DNA of 64,000 bases, taken from IMG/VR virus record IMGVR_UViG_3300046311_000202; one strand, written 5' to 3'. The stretch is from a virus (Duplodnaviria; Heunggongvirae; Uroviricota; Caudoviricetes). The translations under genes and the position numbers were made by a program. Positions 20,476 through 30,502 of the stretch are shown in pieces (position 1 is the stretch's first letter; every line of letters starts with the position of its first letter). The notes under the pieces were generated by a model. It did no database searches, was not told the DNA's origin, and was given only the letters and a program-made list of their open reading frames with translations.

Positions 20476-23400
20476 ATGAGCTGTACGATTAAATATAATG
20501 AGAATGGTAGTATAAAAAACGTTCTTGACCTAGAAGGTAACGAAAGTAGACTATTCAAGCAGATAGCTAGACTACCACATGTTGGAGGTTTAGAAGAAGC
20601 TTTGTCTATTTTTAAGAATGTTTATTCAGAAAAAATAAATGAGCAAAATCCTATCTCTTTCTTATCAGATAAAGGAGCCAAATTAGAGTCTTTCAAAGAG
20701 GCTTTAGCTGACTCTTCCGGAGGAAATATAGAAATAGGTATAGATACAGATGCAGGTTTCAAAACCTTATTATCTGTGTCATCTAACACAAACCCAGCAA
20801 CTTACGAAGGGTTCATAAACAACTTGATAAAAAGCGATATTTTATCAGATGAAAAGATTATTGAAGACGGGCTGACTTACCACAAGGCAGCAGGTAACCA
20901 TGCACCGTTACAAATAGCGAATGAGCAGATTATAAAAGAGGAGGCCAAAACCAATCTAAATAGAAAAAACTTTAAGATCTATAAAGACGGTAGAATTGAA
21001 CTTATCAACAAGAAGAATACCATAGAAGTAAATGGTAAAGACATGCCTGTTGAAGAGTTGAGAACTATGTCTTTGAGAGAGTTAGAAAAATCTATGAGTA
21101 AAGAGGATGCTTTGGAGCTGATTATCAACAATGCAGTCTCTGAGGCACTACCTTCTGGAGTAAGTTCAGAAACTATGACAGCTACAGAAGAAGCTCTTAA
21201 ACTTAACTTATTGGATTTACTAAACGGTATGGGAGTTAAAGTAACTTCTATCGCTAGCTACGTTAGTAACTACAACACAAGAAACGGTGTAGATCCATCG
21301 GCCAGAGCCCTTTTAGATGTAGCTGAACAAGTTATAGCTTTTAAGGACGGTCTTATTTCTATAGACTCTCTTACAGAAGAGACTTCACACTTTATTGTAG
21401 AGACTTGGGATGATGCAGAAATTGAAAACTTACTAAGAAATATACACAAAACTAGTTCTTATGTAGAGTTCTCTCAATCATACAGAGAGTTATACACAAG
21501 AGAAAATCCAGGTATGTCTGCTGAACAAGTAGAGAACTTGGTTAGAAGAGAGCTATTAGGTAAGGAATTAGCAAAAGCTATACAAGAAAGATTTAATACA
21601 GAGGGTAAAACAGAAACCCAAAAAAGCATAGTAGGAAGACTTTTTGAATTATTAAGAAAGTTTTTTGACTCAGTGGTTGCAAACGATACATTCTATTCAG
21701 ACTTAGAGGCATTAACATTGAAAGTGGAGGACTTGCTGTTAACAAAGGATGTGAATAAGTATTTGAACTTAGATAAAGCTAAGACTAAGACTTTTAGAAT
21801 GTATCAGCAACAAGCTAGTGGTAATGTAGTTATAGATACCAAAAATGCTATTGTTAAGAAATTAGTAAAGTCTTTATTAGAACAAGAAAAAAGTCTTAGA
21901 AAAGCAGGTAGAGGATCTAGTGCAGGTATTCAAATGTTAAATGAGACTCTAGAAAAAGCTATTACAAAAAGCTCAATACTAGACCTTGTAGCCTTGGCAA
22001 AAAGACAAGCAGACTACGTTTCAACGGCTATCGAAACTTCAAAAAAGAGAGGGGAAACTTTATCAAATGAAGAAGGTATAGTACTTAAAGGTTTGACAGA
22101 ACAAATTGTACCTATTTTATCTAGGTTATCAGCTTTAGCTAAAGAGGATACAGATTTGGCAGACATCTTAACAGACATTGAAGCAGTAAGCACAAAAGTT
22201 TTAGCTGTAACCGGAGCCGCTAAGAATGTACAGAATGATGTACTTGATAGAATTATAGACCGTTTAATGGTTAGACATAGATTAGACGAAGATGTAAGGG
22301 ATAAATTAAAAGATGCAGTACTTGTTGCTACAAGAGATACACAAATGTTGTATGCTGTTTTTGGTCAAATTACCCACGCACACGATCCATTACTAAACAT
22401 ATTAGGTAGTGTTATTGCTGATATGACACTTGATGCAGAACACAGTTATTTAAAAAGAGCTAAGGAGTTTCAAGCAAAAATACGTGAGCTTGGTTTTACA
22501 GAGTCTGACTTGCCTAAACTTATGGACAAAGATGGTTACATCCTGAGTGCATACGATTTTACAGCTTTTGAAGAGGATGTATTGAACTTAAAACTAGAGG
22601 CTTATAAAAAGTATTCTGGTACAACTATGTCTGATGAGGCTATTAAGAAAGGTATAAAAGAATACAACTTACCAAAAATTGAAGATGAAGATGCAGAAAA
22701 AGCTTATACAAAAGAAGTTAATGATGCAGTTAATTCTAAGATAGAAAGAAGCTTTACTGAGGAATACTACCAAGGAAGAGAAGATAAATACAATAGATTA
22801 GGTATAAGTGAGGCTACAAAAACACACCTTAAATTATTGTCTGTAGACTTAGGTAGCCTTATGTCTAGAGTAAAGAATGAAAAAGGATTACCTAGATATA
22901 CAGCTCAAAATAAATATGAGTTAGATGCAATAAACTTGAAAAGAAAGGCCTTAAAGTCTTTACATGATAGTTTGGGGGATCTAAAAACTGGTATAAGACC
23001 GGTAGACTCACCATCAAGTACTTCAATAGAAGTGAATGGATCATATTTTGAACTTAGACCTAATGCAAACGAAGAGTCTAGAATAGCTTTTGAACTAAAC
23101 AAATTAGATCAAGCGTTCTTAGCTGAGAAGCAAGAAGAGGCACGACAAGCAGGAGGCCAAAAAATAGATGTAGAGAAACTTGCACCTAAATTTTTGGAAG
23201 AGTTAAACAGAATTGAAAAAGAAGAGGGAAGAGAAGCAGCAGTAGAATTCTTTACATTGAATTCAAGCATAGGTTTTTCTAACGACTTCTGGAACAACTT
23301 TGATAACTCTGAAAGTATGATGACTTTCTTAGACTCATACAGTCAAAGACCAGATGCAGAAGAAGTTTGGTCTGATAAAATAAAAGCATACAAAGAGTTT

Positions 23401-26190
23401 CTAGATAACAGAAAAGCTATATTAAAGCAATACCAAGACTCTAGAAACTATACTAACACTATGGCTGAAGAGATGTCTGATCAACAAAGAGCCAAGGTTA
23501 TTGAGTTGTCAGAAGACATAGACAGAATATCTTCAGAGCTTTACACAATATTCAAGAATAATGTAGAGCAGGATTCAGAAAGAACGGTAATAGCAGAGTC
23601 TACACCAAACCAAGCTTACTATCAAGCTCTAGAAGATGGTAGAATTACAAAGCCAGAGGCTAAGTATGAGTTTGCATTGAAAAACATGACTGTAGACAAC
23701 ATTAAGAAAGCTAGACAATTTGCAGATGCTTTAGATGATGCAGTTAGAGGAAGAAGGGTATCTGAGAGTCATAGAAACTTAATACTAAGAACAGTAGGTA
23801 TTAATGACCTATCTGAGTTGAATGAAGATGACATAATAACAGCAAAATTAAAGTATGCAGAGTCTAAATTGGCACCTTACTATAAGTCTTTTGCACCTCT
23901 TGGATTAGAGAGCTTTTACAACTCTTTGAAAAATGGTACACAAGATGTCTCTACTTTAGTTAAACAACTAAATGAAAGAACAGACATAAAAGTAAGTAAC
24001 AATTTTTCTTACTACGAGATGGGGGAGATTAAATTCAAAAACCCTAACTATAAAGAAGATTTCGAGGGTGGTTCTAAGCAACCAAAACTTGATCAATATC
24101 TTAACAAAGAGTTTGTAAGATTGTTCAACCCTATCCTAGATAGCAATAACAATCCTATCTTAGATAGCAATGGTAAAATACAAGCTACTAGCAACCAGAA
24201 ATTATTTGCTTTGTACGATGAGTACATAGAGTTTCAAAAAGAGAGTTTAAGATCTTACGGTGAATTAGGGACACACAATTTATACCTAGCTCCACAAGTA
24301 TCGAAAACTAGTCTTGAAAAAACTAACGATTTGCTGAAAGGTAAAAAAGGTACGATAAAAGAATGGTGGAGAGATATTGTTAGATTTAGAGTAGACGAAC
24401 AAGCCTTTGGAGAGGAGTTGGATGGGGAAGCATTAGCAAAGACTGCTGATATGAGAATCGTACCAAAGTACTTCTTAAAGAAACTAGAAGAGCCTACAGA
24501 TGTATCTACGGATCTTTTTTACAGTTCTATGTTACTAGCTCAACAATCACAATTATATAAGGCTAGAAAAGAGAGATACTCTGAGTTTGCTACCCTTAAT
24601 GATTTAGCTTTAAACAGAGCTTATCCTGAAGGTAAAGCAGCTACATCTACAAATACTTACAAGATGTTTCAATCTTACTACGACCATAATTTATTTGGGG
24701 TAAAAGAAAAGAGAAACTGGCGAGTAAATGTACCAGTACTAGGACAGATAGATGTAACAAAAGTTGTGAATGTATTACACGGATGGATCCGAAATAACTC
24801 TTTGGCATTGAACTTTGTTGTACCAGTTACTTCATGGGCTACAGCTGAAGCCTCTCTTCTTATAGAGAAGTATGTAGGACAGTACGTAGATAAAAATTCA
24901 GTTAGCTTAGCAGGGAAAGAGTTTTTAAAAATATCTTACCCGGCCATAAAAGAGAACTTAGAGATTGATTCTAAATCAAGGCTTTCTATGTTGGGAGAAC
25001 ACTTCAACATATTTGAACTGAGCAATAGATTTGAAAACTCTATGTATGCAAAAGCACCAAGAGTACTTGCAAAATCCATGTATATTTTACATACCGCAGG
25101 TAACTTTGTGCCACTATCAAAAGCAATGTTGTCACAGTTATATGGTCACAGAGTATATGAGGGAGGATTAGCAGATTTCAAACAGTTTGAAAAGTTGTAC
25201 AAAAGGTCTAACCCATCTGCTACTATAAAGGATGTAAAAAATCAATGGGAGCTTCTTGCTGATAAATCTTTTTATAACTACTTAATAACAGATGAGGCTT
25301 CAGTGTCTTATGATTATGACAGATTAGCAGAAGATATGAATAGAGTTAACGATGACAAGTTCAAAGAAGACTTTAGAAACATGGAGTTAGGAGTAGCTAA
25401 TAAACTTAAGAAAGTTGTAGAGAGAATAGATGGTATGATTACCAACGAAGAAAGAACGAGTATGCAAAGAGACGTTCTTGGAAGATTTGCAATGACACAT
25501 AAAGGTTGGTTAGCAATTTCTGCAGCAAACAGGTTTAAAAGAAGACACTTAAATCTACAGACAGGACAAATGGAAGAGGGTACTTACTACTCTTTATATA
25601 ATTTTGTTGTAGAGAACTTCAACAACGGTTTGAAAAAAGGTGGTATGAAAGCCGCTTTAGCTGAGTTAAAGGATCAGTACGTTAATGGAGACGAAGTACA
25701 AAGAGAAAATATTAGAAGAATCCTTGTTGACTTTAACTTCCTTACATTATTGTTCTTGCTAACATTAGGGTTAGGGCACTGGGCAGATGATGAAGAAGAT
25801 ATGTGGGCAGCTCAATTCTCAGCTTATATGTTAGAGAGGGTTACCACAGAGACATCTTCTACTCAACTAGGTGTTTTTGGAGAGTTTTATGCTTCTGTAA
25901 AAGAACCTCTAGTAGGGGTTCAAAAGTTAGAGAACTTATTTAAGGTTACTCAAGCATTTGATACAGACGTAGTAAAAAGTGGTAGATTTTCAGGGATGAC
26001 AAATCAACAAGTTTATTTCTTAAAGAATGTTGTTGGAGCAAAACCTACATTTGATATCTGGAACGCAGGTAATTTGAACTCTTTGAGAGAGACATACGAT
26101 TACTTTAATAAAGATGAAGCTCTTATACCAGTGGCTTACCTTATAGATGAAGATGATCTTAAGCCAGGTGGATGGGCAGCAGAATATTAA
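20476..26190 (+). CDS. Giant virion protein of 1904 aa. Putative tail or ejected cargo protein with a predicted TM segment near the C-terminus (ILVDFNFLTLLFLLTLGLGHW).
   Basis: A 5.7-kb ORF and the last gene of the plus-strand block. Has a hydrophobic helix near residue 1760. Confidence 0.5.
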   Translation: MSCTIKYNENGSIKNVLDLEGNESRLFKQIARLPHVGGLEEALSIFKNVYSEKINEQNPISFLSDKGAKLESFKEALADSSGGNIEIGIDTDAGFKTLLSVSSNTNPATYEGFINNLIKSDILSDEKIIEDGLTYHKAAGNHAPLQIANEQIIKEEAKTNLNRKNFKIYKDGRIELINKKNTIEVNGKDMPVEELRTMSLRELEKSMSKEDALELIINNAVSEALPSGVSSETMTATEEALKLNLLDLLNGMGVKVTSIASYVSNYNTRNGVDPSARALLDVAEQVIAFKDGLISIDSLTEETSHFIVETWDDAEIENLLRNIHKTSSYVEFSQSYRELYTRENPGMSAEQVENLVRRELLGKELAKAIQERFNTEGKTETQKSIVGRLFELLRKFFDSVVANDTFYSDLEALTLKVEDLLLTKDVNKYLNLDKAKTKTFRMYQQQASGNVVIDTKNAIVKKLVKSLLEQEKSLRKAGRGSSAGIQMLNETLEKAITKSSILDLVALAKRQADYVSTAIETSKKRGETLSNEEGIVLKGLTEQIVPILSRLSALAKEDTDLADILTDIEAVSTKVLAVTGAAKNVQNDVLDRIIDRLMVRHRLDEDVRDKLKDAVLVATRDTQMLYAVFGQITHAHDPLLNILGSVIADMTLDAEHSYLKRAKEFQAKIRELGFTESDLPKLMDKDGYILSAYDFTAFEEDVLNLKLEAYKKYSGTTMSDEAIKKGIKEYNLPKIEDEDAEKAYTKEVNDAVNSKIERSFTEEYYQGREDKYNRLGISEATKTHLKLLSVDLGSLMSRVKNEKGLPRYTAQNKYELDAINLKRKALKSLHDSLGDLKTGIRPVDSPSSTSIEVNGSYFELRPNANEESRIAFELNKLDQAFLAEKQEEARQAGGQKIDVEKLAPKFLEELNRIEKEEGREAAVEFFTLNSSIGFSNDFWNNFDNSESMMTFLDSYSQRPDAEEVWSDKIKAYKEFLDNRKAILKQYQDSRNYTNTMAEEMSDQQRAKVIELSEDIDRISSELYTIFKNNVEQDSERTVIAESTPNQAYYQALEDGRITKPEAKYEFALKNMTVDNIKKARQFADALDDAVRGRRVSESHRNLILRTVGINDLSELNEDDIITAKLKYAESKLAPYYKSFAPLGLESFYNSLKNGTQDVSTLVKQLNERTDIKVSNNFSYYEMGEIKFKNPNYKEDFEGGSKQPKLDQYLNKEFVRLFNPILDSNNNPILDSNGKIQATSNQKLFALYDEYIEFQKESLRSYGELGTHNLYLAPQVSKTSLEKTNDLLKGKKGTIKEWWRDIVRFRVDEQAFGEELDGEALAKTADMRIVPKYFLKKLEEPTDVSTDLFYSSMLLAQQSQLYKARKERYSEFATLNDLALNRAYPEGKAATSTNTYKMFQSYYDHNLFGVKEKRNWRVNVPVLGQIDVTKVVNVLHGWIRNNSLALNFVVPVTSWATAEASLLIEKYVGQYVDKNSVSLAGKEFLKISYPAIKENLEIDSKSRLSMLGEHFNIFELSNRFENSMYAKAPRVLAKSMYILHTAGNFVPLSKAMLSQLYGHRVYEGGLADFKQFEKLYKRSNPSATIKDVKNQWELLADKSFYNYLITDEASVSYDYDRLAEDMNRVNDDKFKEDFRNMELGVANKLKKVVERIDGMITNEERTSMQRDVLGRFAMTHKGWLAISAANRFKRRHLNLQTGQMEEGTYYSLYNFVVENFNNGLKKGGMKAALAELKDQYVNGDEVQRENIRRILVDFNFLTLLFLLTLGLGHWADDEEDMWAAQFSAYMLERVTTETSSTQLGVFGEFYASVKEPLVGVQKLENLFKVTQAFDTDVVKSGRFSGMTNQQVYFLKNVVGAKPTFDIWNAGNLNSLRETYDYFNKDEALIPVAYLIDEDDLKPGGWAAEY

Positions 26191-26195
26191 GCATT

Positions 26196-26236
26196 AAAAA
26201 ACCCTACTAGATTAATTTCTGGTAGGGTTTGTTTTT
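26196..26236. terminator. Bidirectional rho-independent terminator at the point where transcription converges
   Basis: AAACCCTAC(TAGA) / (TCTG)GTAGGGTTT inverted repeat, flanked by an A5 run upstream and GTTTTT downstream. It lies between the plus gene ending at 26190 and the minus gene ending at 26245. Confidence 0.65.
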
Positions 26237-26244
26237 ACAATAAA

Positions 26245-27483
26245 CTAAAATAAATGTGTTAGTCTGGCAATCTGGCCATGCAATGGGTGATGAATGTAAC
26301 CTTCAATCGCCTTAGGGGCATGTTGATATTGGTTTCTGTGATGCCATGAATCTGTCCCTGAAGGACTTCTTAAAGCCTCTACACATACGCTCATATAATC
26401 TTTACTGATCTTGTGATGAAAGTGGTGGATATAAATATATCTATGTTTACAAGAACCCCAATCCGGACTTTCGTGAGCCATAGTTAATGGAAGATTATCC
26501 ATTTTACCACCATCTCCATGCGTTGTACCGATTAAGTTAGATCCGTATCTATAATACTTTCTGTGAGCGATAGAACAATCAAAAGTAATATTCTTACAGT
26601 CTTTGAAGTAAGTTTGGATAACATCAGCCAAAAAGAACCCATGAGTATAATCATGGTTACTAGGGTTGAATACAAAATGTACATCTGCAACTTTAATAAG
26701 CCTAGTCAAGATCTCAATATAAAGTTCTTTTGCAATTAAAAAGTTGGTATACCACATACCATCAGTATCTTGATCAGTACCTGAAGTAGTGGTTCTCTTA
26801 GGTGTGTCAATATGCAAAATATCATTACCTCCAACAAACAAAATCTTATCAATCCTAAAACCCTTGGCTTTATTAAGAAGACCTTCAACACCTTCACGAA
26901 CTCTTTGTACTGCAATCTGGTTATCATAATCTTCCCCTGTTTCAAAGCTTGTAGCTAATTTTCCAATATGAACATCTGCAGGATCTATTACAAATAAATG
27001 CTCATCATCTAATTTTACATCATCTGTATCAACTCTACGTATTGTTTTAGGTTTGTTAGGAATATTTGCGATATCCTCTAATAATTTTTTGTGGAATGCT
27101 TCTGCATACCCTCCATCAACTTGGTTAGATGCTATATTATAATAGGCACCTTTACCAGTATGAGTTACTAACTTATAAGTACGCACATCTTCAAAAGGAA
27201 TACCGTAGAAACTACAGTACTCTTTTATGTTCATTATTGTGCCATCAGGCTTCAAGGCAGAAAGAGAAGATACTTTTTCATACTGATTTGTTTCTGTGTC
27301 TGTATTGTTCTCTAAGTCATCGTCCTCTGGAGCACGCTCAGATTTTAATATGTACGAGTTTGCTTTTTTACGAAAGCTCTCATCATATATAATACCCACT
27401 TCTTCACAATAAGCTTTTGCAGCTAATGTTTTACTTTGTTCTTGCTCGTAAAGCTCTTGTAATCTTTTTTTGTTAATTTCCAT
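26245..27483 (-). CDS. Calcineurin-like metallophosphoesterase, SbcD/Mre11-like nuclease candidate
   Basis: Contains the DPADVHIG, GGNDILH and NPSNHDY motifs, matching DxH...GDxxD...GNH(D/E). Has an N-terminal coiled-coil region. Confidence 0.55.
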   Translation of the reverse strand: MEINKKRLQELYEQEQSKTLAAKAYCEEVGIIYDESFRKKANSYILKSERAPEDDDLENNTDTETNQYEKVSSLSALKPDGTIMNIKEYCSFYGIPFEDVRTYKLVTHTGKGAYYNIASNQVDGGYAEAFHKKLLEDIANIPNKPKTIRRVDTDDVKLDDEHLFVIDPADVHIGKLATSFETGEDYDNQIAVQRVREGVEGLLNKAKGFRIDKILFVGGNDILHIDTPKRTTTSGTDQDTDGMWYTNFLIAKELYIEILTRLIKVADVHFVFNPSNHDYTHGFFLADVIQTYFKDCKNITFDCSIAHRKYYRYGSNLIGTTHGDGGKMDNLPLTMAHESPDWGSCKHRYIYIHHFHHKISKDYMSVCVEALRSPSGTDSWHHRNQYQHAPKAIEGYIHHPLHGQIARLTHLF

Positions 27484-27516
27484 TCTTTTTAATTTCTGTT
27501 ATACTTATTCTTTTTA

Positions 27517-27524
27517 CAAAATTA
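27517..27524 (-). promoter_or_regulatory. Minus-strand -7 box (TAATTTTG on the minus strand)
   Basis: CAAAATTA on the plus strand, 34 nt upstream of the start at 27483. Confidence 0.4.
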
Positions 27525-27632
27525 CTACTAATATTTGGTTTTTCCAAACAAATTAAATTTATTGGCACCGAATTACATAAAAGGGCATACTTCTTTTTGT
27601 ATGTTAAATAATCTTTTCTATAAAAATCTTTC

Positions 27633-28532
27633 TTATTCATTTTTTAAATATAGTGGGCTTTGCATACCCTTTATTAACATCTCTTTAGCAGTCATTTTAT
27701 AACCTCTTGTGTTTTTTTGCAGGTAATTATTATCTTCAATCAGAGAGAATAATAAATCTTCTGCCTCTTCTTGTGACATATAACCACTTGCAACGTAACC
27801 TCCTGCACATAATGCTGTAGATCTTACGATATAGTGTCCAGAGTCCACAATCTTTTCCATTGATCTAGTAAGAATAGTTCTGACAGTGTTTCTATCTTTT
27901 TCACTAACATTGTCTAAAACTTCTATCTCACCAACATGTGGTTTGAACTCGTCAATCTTTAATCCTCTTTTGGTCCAAGTCTCAGCATTATCTCTGTAAA
28001 GGAGATCTGGATCTATTGAAAGGAACAAAGGTAAAATACAGTTTTGTGTAGAGGGGTCAAAACCTTCATACTTTTCTAAGTAGTAACCCATACCATAGAA
28101 GTAACTCTTAAATTCATCTGTAGTCTTACAGACAGGGATCTTAACAATAAACTTACATCCTTTTTTACTAGGAGACAAATAAGCTGCTATAATACTAGGT
28201 ACAGCATCAAATAAAAACTGTTTGAAAGCAGGGGCATCTTGTAACTTATCAAAGTCAAGAACCATAAGTCCTGTAAACCCTGTAATGTTATCATATTTTC
28301 TCCCGGCTCCATTTGTTTTTACACATGGTGTAAAGTAGTATAGTTTAGACTTAAGTTTGTCTTTTAACTCCATATTACCTGCTGCCGAAGCATCTGATAT
28401 CTGAGAGAATATGCCACTAATACTAGGACTAGGGGATTTATTTGCTCTCAAAAACTGCTCAAAAGTAACAGTACCTAGGGGCTCAGGTATCTTAACATCT
28501 GCAGGATAGTAAAAAAAGGATATATCGTTCAT
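27633..28532 (-). CDS. Primase-like protein, archaeo-eukaryotic primase or VirE-N/BT4734-like domain
   Basis: Has the hhhDhD motif LMVLDFD typical of the AEP superfamily, and sits in the replication module. The assignment rests on this motif only. Confidence 0.4.
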   Translation of the reverse strand: MNDISFFYYPADVKIPEPLGTVTFEQFLRANKSPSPSISGIFSQISDASAAGNMELKDKLKSKLYYFTPCVKTNGAGRKYDNITGFTGLMVLDFDKLQDAPAFKQFLFDAVPSIIAAYLSPSKKGCKFIVKIPVCKTTDEFKSYFYGMGYYLEKYEGFDPSTQNCILPLFLSIDPDLLYRDNAETWTKRGLKIDEFKPHVGEIEVLDNVSEKDRNTVRTILTRSMEKIVDSGHYIVRSTALCAGGYVASGYMSQEEAEDLLFSLIEDNNYLQKNTRGYKMTAKEMLIKGMQSPLYLKNE

Positions 28533-28536
28533 TATT

Positions 28537-28989
28537 TTATTTATTTCTTATGTTTCTTACCTTATGGTAATAACTATTTTTATTTGTAAGTGATAAATAT
28601 TTTATCTCACCATCTTCATCTAAATCATCACTCCGTACTGCTTCAACTTCAACCCATTTATCAGTCATATAATAGTTAGCTTCTAGCAATACTCTTCTCT
28701 CAGGGGTATACAACCATTTTACATAGTTCCATTCATCATTATCAAACTCCCAACCTGCCTTACCGTGCTCATCTTGGTACTCTTGTATTTCTCTAGCTGT
28801 ACGGTGCTTAAAATTATCATTAAGCAATGGCTCAAGCCTTACAAGCTCTTCACAAACAGATCCAACTACATAAGTAGCTCTACCTAATGCGTATCTAAAG
28901 GCACAAGCTAGTAAAATTTCATGATTAAGCGATACTGAGGGTACGATTTCTACGTACTTTCTACCTACTTTTTTATATGATACTTCCAT
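28537..28989 (-). CDS. Hypothetical protein of 150 aa
   Basis: ORF packed into the minus-strand operon. Confidence 0.5.
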   Translation of the reverse strand: MEVSYKKVGRKYVEIVPSVSLNHEILLACAFRYALGRATYVVGSVCEELVRLEPLLNDNFKHRTAREIQEYQDEHGKAGWEFDNDEWNYVKWLYTPERRVLLEANYYMTDKWVEVEAVRSDDLDEDGEIKYLSLTNKNSYYHKVRNIRNK

Positions 28990-29386
28990 AACTTTTAAGT
29001 TCTTTACGATATTGAATTTCTTTTCTGATCAAGGTTAGGTGTGAATTCTCTGTACCCTCTGGGTAGTAGTCTAAAACAGCTTGTAGCCACTCATCATTCA
29101 TGTCACACAGTTTGGTCCAAGTCAAAGGCTCTTTACCATCTACACCACGACCACCTCTAGAAGCATATCTACGAACAAACTTAAAGTCATCAGTATCAAA
29201 AACTGTAAAGGTATCAACCTTTGCTAGATCCTTGCCTCCAAATCTTATGTAAGCGTTACCTCCATCAATCATTGTCTCATTAGGACAACTACATGTTTTG
29301 TAATCATGTCTATGTTGACTTACTAAAACCTCTCCACATTCTAGACAAGTGGCTTGGCTATGAACTATTGTTTTACTATTCTCCAT
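28973..29386 (-). CDS. Hypothetical Zn-binding protein (CLECGEV...CSCP)
   Basis: Has a CxxC...CxC arrangement. Confidence 0.45.
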   Translation of the reverse strand: MENSKTIVHSQATCLECGEVLVSQHRHDYKTCSCPNETMIDGGNAYIRFGGKDLAKVDTFTVFDTDDFKFVRRYASRGGRGVDGKEPLTWTKLCDMNDEWLQAVLDYYPEGTENSHLTLIRKEIQYRKELKSYGSII

Positions 29387-29675
29387 ATCTTACATCTAGT
29401 TCTTCGTTATAAATTTTCATAAACTCCTCTTTCTTACCAAACCAGTTATTTTCTTCTAGTAAGTCGTACCATCTATCAAAAGTACGATATGCTAGCTTTA
29501 GATCTTCCGTATATGTTTCTGGGTATTGGCAATTAATATTATAGAGGTCACAGTTTTTAGGACTACAACACCCAGACTCCCCACATCCGGAACATACTGG
29601 ACAATAAGGGCTGTAATTCTCATTTTCTTCTTCCTCTAGCATGTAGCTTTGGATTAACGATTCTTCTTCTGTCAT
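29376..29675 (-). CDS. Hypothetical Cys-rich small protein (CPVCSGCGESGCC)
   Basis: Small ORF with a cysteine cluster. Confidence 0.45.
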   Translation of the reverse strand: MTEEESLIQSYMLEEEENENYSPYCPVCSGCGESGCCSPKNCDLYNINCQYPETYTEDLKLAYRTFDRWYDLLEENNWFGKKEEFMKIYNEELDVRYGE

Positions 29676-29676
29676 C

Positions 29677-29934
29677 TTAGATAATTTTATAAAGTTTATA
29701 CTCTGAATTTTTGGTTTTGAAATGAACCATAGTTTCTGTTTTTTCGATTACTTTTTTAACCTCTGTTGTTTGCCAAGTAAAGAAAGCGTTAAAAGGACTC
29801 ATCAATAAACTCCTACCTCTTCTAGGATTTTTGTAATGTTTTTTAAACTTACCTTGCTCATCAAATTCAAGCCACTTGATATCTTTGGACTCTTTCATAA
29901 GCCCATCTTCTTGCCTAGTTAATCTATAATACAT
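29677..29934 (-). CDS. Hypothetical protein of 85 aa
   Basis: Small ORF within the operon. Confidence 0.4.
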   Translation of the reverse strand: MYYRLTRQEDGLMKESKDIKWLEFDEQGKFKKHYKNPRRGRSLLMSPFNAFFTWQTTEVKKVIEKTETMVHFKTKNSEYKLYKII

Positions 29935-30211
29935 CTTTCTTAAATTTAGGACTGCAACCCATCAATATTGTGTTACGAATCATACGTTGTTTTAATTTAG
30001 TAATCCTACGACCTTTCAAATGACTATCCAATATCTTTTCAAAGTTAGACTCTTCAATCTCATAGTCCATAAAAGCAATATACTTTCTACCACTACTATC
30101 TATAGGAGCCTCTTCTACCAACTTATTAAAATCTGCACTTGGGGTAGACTCTTTATAAAGGCCTATATAAATATCCCAAATTATTTTCTCCTCTTTTTTT
30201 GTGGCTAACAT
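29924..30211 (-). CDS. Hypothetical protein of 95 aa
   Basis: Small ORF within the operon. Confidence 0.4.
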   Translation of the reverse strand: MLATKKEEKIIWDIYIGLYKESTPSADFNKLVEEAPIDSSGRKYIAFMDYEIEESNFEKILDSHLKGRRITKLKQRMIRNTILMGCSPKFKKDVL

Positions 30212-30441
30212 TACCCTTCAATTTTTTCAAGAACTTCTGTATGTATATCATCCATCTGAAAATCTTGAAGTAAATTAATAATAGAAACACCTTCTACAAA
30301 TACATCATATATCTCAAACTCTGATGCACTTCCTGGGTAACCACCCATATCTGAATCATACATAACCTGAGGTTCCCCAGGATAATAAGTACCTTCAACT
30401 TCCATGTCTATACCTAAGTATATAATTTTTTCTGTTGTCAT
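30211..30441 (-). CDS. Hypothetical acidic protein of 76 aa
   Basis: Preceded by a -7 box at 30468-30475. Confidence 0.45.
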   Translation of the reverse strand: MTTEKIIYLGIDMEVEGTYYPGEPQVMYDSDMGGYPGSASEFEIYDVFVEGVSIINLLQDFQMDDIHTEVLEKIEG

Positions 30442-30502
30442 AATCTTTATGTTTTAAATTTCTTCTGCAAAGTTAAGTATAATTTTATTACCGTGCAAGA
30501 AA

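Noticed and set aside
489-25000. Minus-strand ORFs of 60-118 aa inside the plus-strand structural genes, for example 489-845, 1950-2201, 4460-4777, 16574-16900 and 18935-19291
   Set aside because: They are antisense to long, clearly coding plus-strand ORFs. Their composition is Ser/Cys/Phe-rich, typical of antisense frames of purine-rich coding strands.
9818-26190. Virion RNA polymerase (crAss or N4-like) among the giant proteins
   Set aside because: No DxDGD- or DFDGD-type catalytic motif, nor any recognisable RNAP block, was found by eye in any of the three. The cargo-protein idea is kept only as inference.
27129-27392. Plus-strand ORFs (27129-27392, 30020-30208, 32503-32820, 39000-39197, 39268-39483, 41153-41446, 43913-44113, 44278-44496, 48402-48608, 48668-48856, 50118-50342, 50602-50790, 50965-51318, 51763-52071, 53041-53259, 53497-53751, 55697-55936, 56789-56980, 57258-57473, 58265-58534, 62367-62576, 63170-63370)
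   Set aside because: - All lie antisense inside, or overlap, well-supported minus-strand genes or the tRNA island.
- They have low-complexity, hydrophobic or Cys-rich translations with no start or promoter context.
- They are judged spurious.
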